The notes below the pieces were generated by a model that saw only the letters and a list, made by a program, of their open reading frames with translations, made no database searches and had not been told where the DNA came from. A stretch of 64,000 nt of DNA, from assembly GCA_963703315.1 (NCBI GenBank), contig OY969811.1, positions 1,216,001 to 1,280,000 of the forward strand, read 5' to 3'. Numbering within the stretch: position 1 is the first letter of the stretch; every line of letters starts with the position of its first letter. This DNA is from an uncultured cyanobacterium. GTDB lineage: Bacteria > Cyanobacteriota > Cyanobacteriia > Pseudanabaenales > Pseudanabaenaceae. Positions 50,408 to 59,670 of the stretch are shown piece after piece. Both the position numbers and the translations under genes were made by a program.

Positions 50408-50488
50408 TTCTTTAATGATGAACCGCACTTCGTGCGGTTCATCATTAAAGAAACAAAAAAGGAGCGCTTTGCGCTCCTTTTTTGTTTC
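50408..50488. terminator. Two consecutive hairpins after ahcY
   Basis: TTCTTTAATGATGAACCGCAC-TTC-GTGCGGTTCATCATTAAAGAA and GAAACAAAAAAGGAGCGC-TTT-GCGCTCCTTTTTTGTTTC. Confidence 0.72.
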
Positions 50489-50542
50489 CATATCTAGTGT
50501 CTGCTATGATGTTTAGTGGAAATTTAAACACTAGATTTGTTT

Positions 50543-51145
50543 ATGGTGGCTCAAATTAAGACGGCTCAGACCAAAGCGCATCAGACAGGGACTAATCAAA
50601 TCCAGACCACGCATTCTCAGCCAAAATCTTTAGATATTAACCCTTCAAAATCTTTAACTCGCGTGACCCCAATCCAAGGTAATATTCAGGTTTTCATCGC
50701 GCCCCATCGTAATCTTCACGCTGATATTATCGCTCAAGCCATGCGCGTTGCTGGTCAAGGCACAAAAGTATTACTAGTGCAGCTTTTTCAAACAGGGATC
50801 AATCAAGGTTTACAAAATCCCAGACGTTTGGTTGAAAACCTAGAATGGTTACGTTGTGATGCTCAGCGTGATCTCTCCAAAAATGAGATTGAGCTAACTG
50901 ATGTGGAAAAAGCGGCAGTACTAGAAATCTGGAACTATGCCAAGACTACGATTAAATCAGCCAATGCTAGTTTAGTTGTACTAGATGAAGTGAATTTGCT
51001 AGTAGAGCGATCGCTGATTACAGAGGCAGAATTGCTAGAGGTGCTAGAAACGCGATCGCCTAAAGTCAATATCATTTTGACAGGTGATTCCATGCCTGAC
51101 AGTATTTCTAACCATGCTGATCAAGTCACGCATCGACGTAACTAA
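50543..51145 (+). CDS. CobA/CobO/BtuR-like protein with degenerate P-loop
   Basis: MRVAGQG.KVLLVQ, LVVLDEV, IILTG and ADQVT; no GKGKT Walker A. Confidence 0.72.
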   Translation: MVAQIKTAQTKAHQTGTNQIQTTHSQPKSLDINPSKSLTRVTPIQGNIQVFIAPHRNLHADIIAQAMRVAGQGTKVLLVQLFQTGINQGLQNPRRLVENLEWLRCDAQRDLSKNEIELTDVEKAAVLEIWNYAKTTIKSANASLVVLDEVNLLVERSLITEAELLEVLETRSPKVNIILTGDSMPDSISNHADQVTHRRN

Positions 51146-51174
51146 ATCAAGAAAGCTCGCTCAGTGGGAAAGCT

Positions 51175-51281
51175 TAATTAAATGTAGGATGCGTTAGTGC
51201 AACGTAACGCATCAATTGTGTCTCAATGATGGGTTACGCGATCGCTAACCCATCCTACGTTTAATTCCAACTACTTACTTA
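51175..51281. repeat. REPIN-like element (second copy)
   Basis: Arms nearly identical to 21891-22006 with a different spacer; sits between the halves of an AAAGCTCGC...GCGAGCTTT stem. Confidence 0.8.
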
Positions 51282-51296
51282 AGCGAGCTTTATTTT

Positions 51297-51650
51297 CTAA
51301 GAACCAAGTTTAAACGCTTCTAGAAATAGTCCGTAGGTTATGCCTAGCTTGAAAAAATTTAACATTTCGATAGTCAATGCTCTGGGGGCTAACCTACCAT
51401 CCGCAAGAGTGGCTCGTCTGGGACTATAGACAAAACGATTAATTAGTTCAACCACGAACACAGTAATTGCGGCAATCACGACATCTTGCTCAGATTTTGC
51501 CCCTGAAACCGTAGAAAGCACTGATGCGAAAAAAAATCCCAACAATACGCTAATCAAGATCAAAGACGTTCGCCGCCAAGGGTTACTCGACCATCTCGAT
51601 AACCGTCCAACACTGACATTCACAATAGTACTGAGACGAGTATTCTGCAT
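51297..51650 (-). CDS. ycf20: Ycf20 / DUF565 protein
   Basis: MQNTRL, NPWRR.S and FK.G..YGLFLEAFKLGS motifs. Confidence 0.92.
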   Translation of the reverse strand: MQNTRLSTIVNVSVGRLSRWSSNPWRRTSLILISVLLGFFFASVLSTVSGAKSEQDVVIAAITVFVVELINRFVYSPRRATLADGRLAPRALTIEMLNFFKLGITYGLFLEAFKLGS

Positions 51651-51693
51651 AATTGGAAAATGACTAATTTTTGGGTGAGTTAGCCATAAGCTC

Positions 51694-51842
51694 TAGGACT
51701 TACGCAACGCAACCAAGAACTAAAGTTCTTGGCTTAAAGCTAAAGTCAGCTAAAGCAGACTAAAGAGTCACTATGGTCAACCCGTTTCAACGGGCTTACG
51801 CAATAGCCCTGTAATAAATTACGGGCTATTGCGTAAGCCCTA
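51694..51842. mobile_element. MITE-like element with TAGGACTTACGCAA...TTGCGTAAGCCCTA ends and four internal hairpins
   Basis: 14-bp terminal inverted repeat with one mismatch. Internal stems: CCAAGAAC/GTTCTTGG, AGTC.GCT/AGC.GACT, CCCGTT/AACGGG and GGGCTTACGCAATAGCCC/GGGCTATTGCGTAAGCCC. Confidence 0.68.
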
Positions 51843-51958
51843 AGAGGATTAGGCTTCAATAGATTTTAAACATTTATCATAATTGCTAGTAATGTTAAAA
51901 CAAAAGGGGATTGCAGCGTTTCGCGCTAATCTTCTACTTGGCAGAGAACAGATCCCAA

Positions 51959-53710
51959 ATGAGTGACAAGCTATATAGGTTACTTTTGATTGATAGCGAT
52001 CGCATTTTTCGGATGGGAATGCGATCGTGGTTAGCACAATTTTTGGATTTGGAAATAGTTTTTGAGGCAGATACGGCGGAAGATGCTTTAGTTTTTTTAG
52101 GCAGCGATCGCCGTGAAATTGATCTGGTAATTCTCGATTTCCAGTTAGGATTTACGAGTTCAGAGCAGTTATTAGAACAGTTAAAATCTCAATATCCTAA
52201 GTTACCAATTCTGTTGTTAAGTTCTCCCCAGAATCTCGAATTAGTCGCAACTACCTTGCGTAGTGGGGTGGAAGGTTTTTGTTTTAAGGGGGCTAATCCT
52301 GAAGAGTTAATCACAGCGATTCGTCAAGTTGCATCAGGAAATCGCTATATAGATCAGCAGTTGGATCAGTATCTAAGCGATCGCTACAGACTACAAGCAA
52401 AGCAAAATAAGTCTTTAGTCGATCAGCCTGTAAGTGTTGTGGCGATCGTGAGGCAAAACTTTTATGTGTCGGGACTGAAACGCATTGACAAAACACTCAA
52501 TGAGGTCAAGGCAAGTTTAAGGCATCCCAATAATCAAATTAGCGATCGCCTAGCCAAAATGGTGTTAGAGGGTCAGGCTCGTGAGTTACAAGCAGCGCGT
52601 TGGCTGATCGATCAACTTTGGGGAACGACAAAGCGCGTACAGGCTATTTCGCCAGAAAGTTCTGTCCCCAATATCGCCGAGGAAATCGCTAGTCCTGATG
52701 TCGAAATAAGCGATCGCGCTGATAGTAATTCCCATCAACAGGCAAATATCTTAGCGGTGCAAGCTAGTCTATGGGATCGGACAGTTGCCAAGCTGCAAGC
52801 AAATTTATCTAATTTGAGCAAAACGCCTTTAGAAATTGATATTTTAAAAGACGAGAAAAAACGTGAGCTTTTTTATATTGCTTTGCGACAAATAGAACAA
52901 AGTTTAACTGAATTGCGCTTTTCCCAAATTCAACCATCGCAGTTAGAAGAGAAAATCCCTGAGATTTTAAAAGATATTTGGCAGGAAACTGTAATTAGTT
53001 TTTTTGGGAAATATTATGTAATTAACAATATAAACAATAACGAATATGAGATTAATATCGTTGATACTTTACTCAAAGACGCAGAAATTGTTCAGACTGA
53101 ATTTTTAGACAAGATTCCTCAAATTGATAATTTCTTGTCACATCTATTGTTTGAAACAGAGTTAGTAATTGATAATTCAAAAGCTGCTGTGGGAACACCT
53201 GAAGCTATGCAGCGCGTGGAATTAATTTTAGACAATCTAATTATTCAAATTGCCAATGGGGTAATTCAGCCTCTTTTAAATAATTTTGCCAATATTGAAG
53301 AAATTAAACAAAAATTCTATCGCTATAATTTACTGGCTACTCGCGAAATCGAGCGATTTCGTAATGATTTATCTTGGAAATATCGTCTAGAAAAATATAT
53401 TACTGACCCCCAATTAATTTTTGAAAGTCGTCAGGTTTTATGGACTTTTGCTGACTTTGGCATTAAAAAAATTAGTATTTACTCACCCCGCAGTCAGGAG
53501 CTACAGCAACTAGAAGGGGTGCAGCTTGCAGTCACTCTCGCCCTAGAACTACAGGATGCGATCGCCCCTCGACTGCGATCGGCGATCACCTTTATTGGTA
53601 GTGGGTTTGTATACGTGCTAACCAATGTGATTGGACGTGGCATTGGTTTAATTGGTCGCGGTGTGGTGCAGGGTATTGGCAATGCTTGGCAGGACAGAAA
53701 AAGCAAGTAA
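51959..53710 (+). CDS. ycf55: Ycf55-like response regulator (REC + DUF3685)
   Basis: N-terminal REC; STRE-like ATREIERFRN.LSW, P..IFESR and IGRGIGLIGRG motifs. Confidence 0.85.
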   Translation: MSDKLYRLLLIDSDRIFRMGMRSWLAQFLDLEIVFEADTAEDALVFLGSDRREIDLVILDFQLGFTSSEQLLEQLKSQYPKLPILLLSSPQNLELVATTLRSGVEGFCFKGANPEELITAIRQVASGNRYIDQQLDQYLSDRYRLQAKQNKSLVDQPVSVVAIVRQNFYVSGLKRIDKTLNEVKASLRHPNNQISDRLAKMVLEGQARELQAARWLIDQLWGTTKRVQAISPESSVPNIAEEIASPDVEISDRADSNSHQQANILAVQASLWDRTVAKLQANLSNLSKTPLEIDILKDEKKRELFYIALRQIEQSLTELRFSQIQPSQLEEKIPEILKDIWQETVISFFGKYYVINNINNNEYEINIVDTLLKDAEIVQTEFLDKIPQIDNFLSHLLFETELVIDNSKAAVGTPEAMQRVELILDNLIIQIANGVIQPLLNNFANIEEIKQKFYRYNLLATREIERFRNDLSWKYRLEKYITDPQLIFESRQVLWTFADFGIKKISIYSPRSQELQQLEGVQLAVTLALELQDAIAPRLRSAITFIGSGFVYVLTNVIGRGIGLIGRGVVQGIGNAWQDRKSK

Positions 53711-53814
53711 CCGCGTGCGGTTACTTGCCTAAATTTATCTACATGGATAGACCGATGCTATGGCTAACTGTGCGATGATAAATTGCACTATCTTGCCGTT
53801 AGGTTTTGTTGACT

Positions 53815-54516
53815 GTGAATACCGTTCGTACTGTTTCTGATACTAAAAAAGATTTTTATTTAGCCTTCCCGAAGCCAGTTAACCAAGTCTATCGACGGGT
53901 TGTCGATGAGCTTTTGGTGGAAGTACATTTATTAAAAGTCAATCAAACATTTGTTTATGACTCAATTTTTGCCTTAGGGTTTGTGACAACTTTTGATCGC
54001 TTTACAGTTGGTTATAAGCCTGAAACCGATCGCTTTGCGATTTTTCATGCTCTATGTTCAGCGCTTCAGTTTGACTCTGATCGGATTCGCCAAGATGCAA
54101 CTACTTTAAGTGATCTTGCTAAAAATGCACCGAGTCAGATTAAGCCTCTATTGACTACCTTAGATTCTGGAATTAGCCTCGAACCTCTGTCTGGTCAACT
54201 ACAGACGATCGCTAACAAAGAAAATTTTAAATATAGTCGTCTGTTAGGTGTCGGACTATACGCCTTACTAGAAATTAGCGAGTCTGATGCGATCGCTGAT
54301 AATGCTAAGCGGGAAGAAGTAATCAAGTTAGTGGGCGACAACCTCAAATTTGGTAGCGATCGCCTGTTAAAAGATATTGACCTATATCGCTCTAATCTTG
54401 ACAAGCTAGATCAAGCGCGTCAAATGATTGCCGATATGGTAGAAGCTGAGCGCAAAAAACGCAGTCAAAAGGAAGCCGCAGCAACTACTAGTGATAGTTC
54501 TGAAGCTAAGCCATAA
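53815..54516 (+). CDS. psb29: Photosystem II biogenesis protein Psb29/Thf1
   Basis: RTVSDTK..F, YRRVVDELLVE.HLL, FKYSRL and KDIDLYRSNLDK motifs; GTG start assumed. Confidence 0.93.
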   Translation: MNTVRTVSDTKKDFYLAFPKPVNQVYRRVVDELLVEVHLLKVNQTFVYDSIFALGFVTTFDRFTVGYKPETDRFAIFHALCSALQFDSDRIRQDATTLSDLAKNAPSQIKPLLTTLDSGISLEPLSGQLQTIANKENFKYSRLLGVGLYALLEISESDAIADNAKREEVIKLVGDNLKFGSDRLLKDIDLYRSNLDKLDQARQMIADMVEAERKKRSQKEAAATTSDSSEAKP

Positions 54517-54553
54517 AAGAAAGCTACCGCGCCAAGCGCGGTAGCTTTCTTTT
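54516..54553. terminator. Bidirectional terminator hairpin
   Basis: AAAAGAAAGCTACCGCGC-CAA-GCGCGGTAGCTTTCTTTT. Confidence 0.75.
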
Positions 54554-56960
54554 ACAGACTTACCGCGATCGCAATCTCTTCAGCTTCATATTTAGCCAGA
54601 TCGATCAACTTCCCTTCTACAACCTCACCATTAACTAGCATCTGATTGACATCGCTATGATTAGTTACGGTTAGAGAAAGAACCTTACCGCGAAACTTAC
54701 GCTGAGCCGTAAAGCCAGACCATTCCGCAGGGATTTTTGGATCGATAATCATTCCCTCAAAGGTGGGTTGGAATCCTAAAATATAATCGATACCAATGCG
54801 TAGCATCCACACCGCCGTACCCGTCAACCATGAATGGCTAGCTTGTCCTTGAGTTTCATGATCAGGACTGGTGACGTACTCAGGATAGACATAGGGTTCG
54901 GTTTCAAAGCGATCGCACTTATTATCAGTTGCCTGTGACGAATTAATCGGCATCATGCGGCGATAGATTTCCCATGCAAATTCTGTGTCACCATTGAGAA
55001 TGGAGGCAAGTACAAACCAAGAAGAAGCATGATTAAATACTGCACCATTTTCTTTCTTTCCGGGAACGCAACGACTAATCAAACCAACCGTATCGTCAAT
55101 CTCGGTGAATGATGGCGCGACAATCTGCATTCCAAAAGGTGTCGCTAGATATTCGCGACTGCTTGCCATTGCCTTATCAGCGCGTTCTTTTGGCGCAAGT
55201 TCCGAAATCACCGCCCATGATTGCGCGTTCAAAAAGATTTTGCCCTGACTTGCTGAAGATACGCCAATCGGTTCGCCATTGTCACGGAAGGCGCGTAAAT
55301 ACCAGTTACCATCCCAACAGATATCATTAGTTACTTGACGTAGATGCTCATAGAATTTTTGGAATCTATCGAGAGCTTTGCGATCGCCTTGATGTTCACA
55401 GACAGGTAATGATTTATTCAACACATAACCCAAGAAGAAAGCTCCCCAAGTAGTTTCGCCCTTGCCCTGTGAGCCAACATGGTCAAGCGTGTCATTCCAA
55501 TCTCCTGTAAAGATACGAGGCATTCCGCGCTCACCTGTATTGGCGATCGCAAAATCCAGCGCCCTCACCAAATGCTCATAGACTGTGCCTTCAGTCTCGT
55601 CATGGTAAGGAACCACCTCTTCTAAAATCGAGAAATCACCAGTTTCTTTGAGATATTCGACAATGCCAAAGGGAATCCAAAGCGGTGTATCAGAATGGTT
55701 AGTACGCTCACCTGTATTGGTCAGCACAAAATAATTATGTAAAGTCGAACCATCCTTAAATTGGAAGTTGAGCGCCTTAATCAATCGCTCTCGCACTCGC
55801 ACAGGATCGACCATCACCACGCCGAGAATATCTTGGAAGCGATCGCGCATCCCCGTCCCAAACAACAAACCACCGTGATAATAGCCCGAATTTCGCGCCA
55901 TATCGAAGGTGACAGCCGCCTGATACTGATTCCAGACATTGATCATGGCATTGAAAGCTGCATCTGGTGTTTGCACCTGCACACAGGACAAATGCTGATC
56001 CCATTTTTGTTTGAGTTGAAGGAATTGGCGATCAAGACCCTCACCCCCAGCCCCTCTCCCATTGAGGGAGAGGGGAGTAAGAGAAGGCTTTTCATTTTTC
56101 GGCGCAATTTCTAAAACCACCGCAAAATCAACAGAACTATTCGCCTCTAGACTAATCTTCGATTGCAAAGCTACCACAGGATCACCTGCCGTAATCTCTG
56201 TATTTCGCATCACCCCCGTCTCCACTGCCACAGGATTCGCTTCCGATCGCCATCTACCAATGAAAGTATCGAGACTGCTATCGAAACCAGCGATCGGTAA
56301 ACTCTGCGAGAAATAAATTTGATACTTCCAATCAATATTCGGCTGCTTCACAGAAACACCCTTATTCAGCACCCAATAGCGGCGGGTGGCTACCAAGGCT
56401 TGCAAATCTTGATCAAAATGAATATCCGTGAAATGTTTGTCATTCGGTTGATTGATCTGGTCATTTAACGCATTCCCCATCAACAATTCCAAGAAAGAAT
56501 AAACTTCTAAATCTCGCGTCTGTCCTGAGAGTTCCGTTAACTTCACGCGCCAAATCTCAGCATTAGTATCGGTCGGGACAAAGTAAGTAACTTCGCCACG
56601 AATGCCATTGATTTCAGTCGTAATTTTCGTGTAGCCTTGACCATGCCGACATTCATAGAAATCATAGTTTAAATCAATCGTGGGAGCCCAACTCAATGAC
56701 CAATATTTCCCCGTTGCCGTATCTTTGACCATCACATAGCGCCCTGGACGATCCCAAGGGAGGCAGTTATAGCGCATTCGACTGATGCGGTTATCGCGTG
56801 GCGATTCCAAGAAGCTAAAGCCGCCACCTGTATGGGAAATTAGCCCAGCGTACTGGCTATTCCACATATAGTTAAACCAAGGGCGCGGGGTGCGCGGATC
56901 TGTAATCACAAATTCCCGATAATCTTCGGTGTAATAGCCATATTGGTTTGCGATCGCCAC
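54552..56960 (-). CDS. GH94 glycoside phosphorylase (cellobiose-phosphorylase-like)
   Basis: TPRPWFN, CRHGQGYT, G.RD..QD, GDWND (catalytic acid), KENGAVFNH and SWLTGTA motifs. Confidence 0.88.
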   Translation of the reverse strand: MAIANQYGYYTEDYREFVITDPRTPRPWFNYMWNSQYAGLISHTGGGFSFLESPRDNRISRMRYNCLPWDRPGRYVMVKDTATGKYWSLSWAPTIDLNYDFYECRHGQGYTKITTEINGIRGEVTYFVPTDTNAEIWRVKLTELSGQTRDLEVYSFLELLMGNALNDQINQPNDKHFTDIHFDQDLQALVATRRYWVLNKGVSVKQPNIDWKYQIYFSQSLPIAGFDSSLDTFIGRWRSEANPVAVETGVMRNTEITAGDPVVALQSKISLEANSSVDFAVVLEIAPKNEKPSLTPLSLNGRGAGGEGLDRQFLQLKQKWDQHLSCVQVQTPDAAFNAMINVWNQYQAAVTFDMARNSGYYHGGLLFGTGMRDRFQDILGVVMVDPVRVRERLIKALNFQFKDGSTLHNYFVLTNTGERTNHSDTPLWIPFGIVEYLKETGDFSILEEVVPYHDETEGTVYEHLVRALDFAIANTGERGMPRIFTGDWNDTLDHVGSQGKGETTWGAFFLGYVLNKSLPVCEHQGDRKALDRFQKFYEHLRQVTNDICWDGNWYLRAFRDNGEPIGVSSASQGKIFLNAQSWAVISELAPKERADKAMASSREYLATPFGMQIVAPSFTEIDDTVGLISRCVPGKKENGAVFNHASSWFVLASILNGDTEFAWEIYRRMMPINSSQATDNKCDRFETEPYVYPEYVTSPDHETQGQASHSWLTGTAVWMLRIGIDYILGFQPTFEGMIIDPKIPAEWSGFTAQRKFRGKVLSLTVTNHSDVNQMLVNGEVVEGKLIDLAKYEAEEIAIAVSL
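56038..56075. repeat. Short dispersed repeat inside the GH94 coding sequence
   Basis: CCCTCACCCCCAG-CCCCTCTCCC-ATTGA-GGGAGAGGGG; reads PLSLNGRGAGGEG in frame. Confidence 0.72.
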
Positions 56961-57100
56961 AGTTTAAAATATCCCTTATTTGTATAATAATTAGGATCTT
57001 CGCGGCTAAGCCACAAAAAATCTTAACTAGATTGCGACATAGATTATCTCAACTTTTTCTGCTCTTTTTTGGCTCTTTCAAAACTGCTTCACCTAAAACT

Positions 57101-57664
57101 ATGGCAAATGCAATTATTTCTAGATTGGGAATTGGGTTCACTTCACTAGGTGTAGTACTTAGCGCGGTTTTTCTCAATCCACAGTCTGCCCATCCTCAGC
57201 TTCAGACCTCTACACCAATTGTTCAGACCTTTAGCCATACCCTTCTTGCAAAAGCTCCTGTCCCTAAGCGACTTACAATTAATCAAACTCACATCTTTCA
57301 AGGGGAAATCAATAGAAAGGGGCTAGCAGTCGGTTATCATCATCGACCTAATGGAAAGGATGCCAATAATGCGAGATTGAGTAAACTTACTGGCTTACCC
57401 AATACTCAAGGTGTGTATATCGGTCGTGTCGAAATCCGTAATCCTGCTAATGGTCAATGGGTGAGCAAATTGTCTAGTTCTACTTTTTTCCCCGATCGCT
57501 GGTCACAGGCTCAAGTTTTGACAGAAATTCAAGGTGCTTTTGCCTCGGCAAATAAAAATCAAGAGCCTTGGCAAGGTACTTCACCAAGTGGACTAAAAAT
57601 TCAGGGTTATTATAATAAAGCCACCAATACAATTACCACTGCTTATCCAATTTATCGCCGATGA
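57101..57664 (+). CDS. Secreted bacterial EndoU-type ribonuclease toxin
   Basis: Signal-peptide-like N-terminus; HIFQGE...GYHH, K...STFFP..WS, G.SPSGLKIQGY and TAYP. ATG 57101 preferred. Confidence 0.82.
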   Translation: MANAIISRLGIGFTSLGVVLSAVFLNPQSAHPQLQTSTPIVQTFSHTLLAKAPVPKRLTINQTHIFQGEINRKGLAVGYHHRPNGKDANNARLSKLTGLPNTQGVYIGRVEIRNPANGQWVSKLSSSTFFPDRWSQAQVLTEIQGAFASANKNQEPWQGTSPSGLKIQGYYNKATNTITTAYPIYRR

Positions 57665-57990
57665 TTAACATCAAATTTTATGAAGACAATGAAGGTTATT
57701 TTAAGGCTGACACTGATGGGCAGTATCGATTGCTAGGTCAATACTTGGAGACAGAAGTTCAAGGTGTCGCTGAGATATGTCAAGACCTTTTAGAAACTAT
57801 TAAAGAGATTGAATCAGGCGATAGATCTCAACTAGAGGGTGTCGGTAATGCTTATGGTCTCAAAATCACATCGCAAGGAGTGACTATCTGGAATGAGTTT
57901 ACAGAAATTGAACAAATTTTAGACCTCTCTCTCTCTGACTTTCAGCAAGCTTTAGAAAACTGCTTGATCTTTTTACAAACGATGAGTTGA
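57661..57990 (+). CDS. Small acidic protein, YacL/UPF0231-like; putative EndoU immunity protein
   Basis: ATGA overlap with the toxin stop; LGQYLETEVQG, GN.Y.L.I and L.DF..AL. Confidence 0.55.
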   Translation: MINIKFYEDNEGYFKADTDGQYRLLGQYLETEVQGVAEICQDLLETIKEIESGDRSQLEGVGNAYGLKITSQGVTIWNEFTEIEQILDLSLSDFQQALENCLIFLQTMS

Positions 57991-57995
57991 TAATT

Positions 57996-58406
57996 ATGGG
58001 AACTTGGGCTGTTGATTCCTTTGGAAATGATGATGCTTGTGACTGGAGCTATGCACTTGAAAAAGTTAATGACCTTTCGCCAGTTGAAGATGCTCTAAAT
58101 GCAGTGATTAATGCTGGTGAAGAAGGTGTTGAATCCTCTGAAGCGGCTGAGGCGATCGCAGCGATAGAAGTTATTGCTCGCTTACAAGGTAATTGGGGTA
58201 ACCGTAGTGCTTATTCCGAGAGAGTTGACGATTGGGTTGAAACCAATAAAATTCAGCCATCAACCTCTTTGGCACAGAAAGCTTATATAGTAATTGAGCG
58301 TATTCTTGCCGAAAATTCTGAATTAAAAGAATTATGGCAAGAAAGTGAAGACTATAAAGCTTGGTTAGACTCTGTTGCTGACCTCAAGAATCGCATTAAT
58401 TTATGA
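57996..58406 (+). CDS. DUF4259 domain protein; putative immunity protein
   Basis: MGTW...FGNDDACDW, AIAAIEVIA and SELKELW motifs; acidic. Confidence 0.75.
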   Translation: MGTWAVDSFGNDDACDWSYALEKVNDLSPVEDALNAVINAGEEGVESSEAAEAIAAIEVIARLQGNWGNRSAYSERVDDWVETNKIQPSTSLAQKAYIVIERILAENSELKELWQESEDYKAWLDSVADLKNRINL

Positions 58407-58494
58407 CATTATCCTGCCAAAGTATATATTGAGATACTCACAAAAAGCTTTATCCTAGAATGTCGCCTTAGCCCCCATAGCCTTTTTTGTGTGA

Positions 58495-59625
58495 ATGTAT
58501 CTCAAATCCCTCCACATCAAGCAGTTCCGCAACTATATCGATCAGGAAGTTAACTTTACTGCACCCAAAACGGTAATCGTTGGTAACAACGCTCAAGGTA
58601 AATCTAACTTGCTGGAAGCCGTTTTATTGTTGGCAACGCTGCGATCGCATCGAGTTAGTAAAGATCGTGACTTAGTGCGAAATGGTGAGGCGATTGGTGA
58701 AATTACCGCTATCTGCCAGCGATCGCGATCGCCTGAAAGCTATCCTGTGGAATTAGGAATGCGAATGCGCTCTAGTGGTAAGCGCACTTTAACTGTAAAT
58801 GGCGTGAATCAGGCTAGACATTTAGATTTTTTGGGAAATCTGAATGCGGTCATGTTTTCTAGTTTAGATTTAGATTTGGTGCGCGGTAGTCCTGAAAGTC
58901 GCCGCAATTGGTTGGATACAGTGTTAATTCAATTAGAGCCGATTTATATCAATCTATTGCAGCAATACAACCAAGTTTTGCGACAACGGAACGCTCTACT
59001 CAAATCAATTAAGCAAGGACAAATCCAGTACGAGCCTCAACAAATGGCACTCTGGGATGCTCAATTAGTGACAGCAGGGACAAGATTAATTAGAAGGCGA
59101 TCGCGTTTATTAGAACGATTAACCCCGATCGCAAGGCATTGGCATCAAGCAATTAGTGGTGGTAGTGAACATTTAGAAATTACTTATGTTCCGAAGTTTG
59201 CTTTTACACCAACTGACACAGTTGAAAATATTCAGCAAGCTTTTTTTGAGGCAATTTTACAGAAAACAATTATTGAACAACATCAGGGTACAAGTTTAGT
59301 CGGCCCCCATCGTGATGAAGTCTCTCTCACGATTAATGCTACTCCTGCAAGGGAGTATGGCTCTCAAGGGCAACAACGTACGTTAGTATTAGCCCTAAAA
59401 CTTGCCGAGTTAGAATTGCTAGAATCAGTAATTGGAGAACCACCATTGTTGTTATTAGATGATGTACTCGCTGAACTTGATTTACAAAGACAGGATCATC
59501 TGTTAAATGCGATCGGCGATCGCGTCCAAACAATTATTACGACAACCCATCTTGGCTCGTTTGATGCTCAATGGTTAAACTCTGCCCGAATTTTTCAAGT
59601 AGAAGGCGGTAAAATTTCATTTTAA
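58495..59625 (+). CDS. recF: DNA replication/repair protein RecF
   Basis: FRNY, GNNAQGKSNLLEA, GPHRD, GSQGQQR and LLLLDDVLAELD motifs. Confidence 0.97.
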   Translation: MYLKSLHIKQFRNYIDQEVNFTAPKTVIVGNNAQGKSNLLEAVLLLATLRSHRVSKDRDLVRNGEAIGEITAICQRSRSPESYPVELGMRMRSSGKRTLTVNGVNQARHLDFLGNLNAVMFSSLDLDLVRGSPESRRNWLDTVLIQLEPIYINLLQQYNQVLRQRNALLKSIKQGQIQYEPQQMALWDAQLVTAGTRLIRRRSRLLERLTPIARHWHQAISGGSEHLEITYVPKFAFTPTDTVENIQQAFFEAILQKTIIEQHQGTSLVGPHRDEVSLTINATPAREYGSQGQQRTLVLALKLAELELLESVIGEPPLLLLDDVLAELDLQRQDHLLNAIGDRVQTIITTTHLGSFDAQWLNSARIFQVEGGKISF

Positions 59626-59670
59626 ACAATAAAAAACAAGCTTGCTTAGCAAGCTTGTTTTTTATTGTTT
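59624..59670. terminator. Bidirectional terminator palindrome
   Basis: AAACAATAAAAAACAAGCTTGC-TTA-GCAAGCTTGTTTTTTATTGTTT. Confidence 0.78.
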
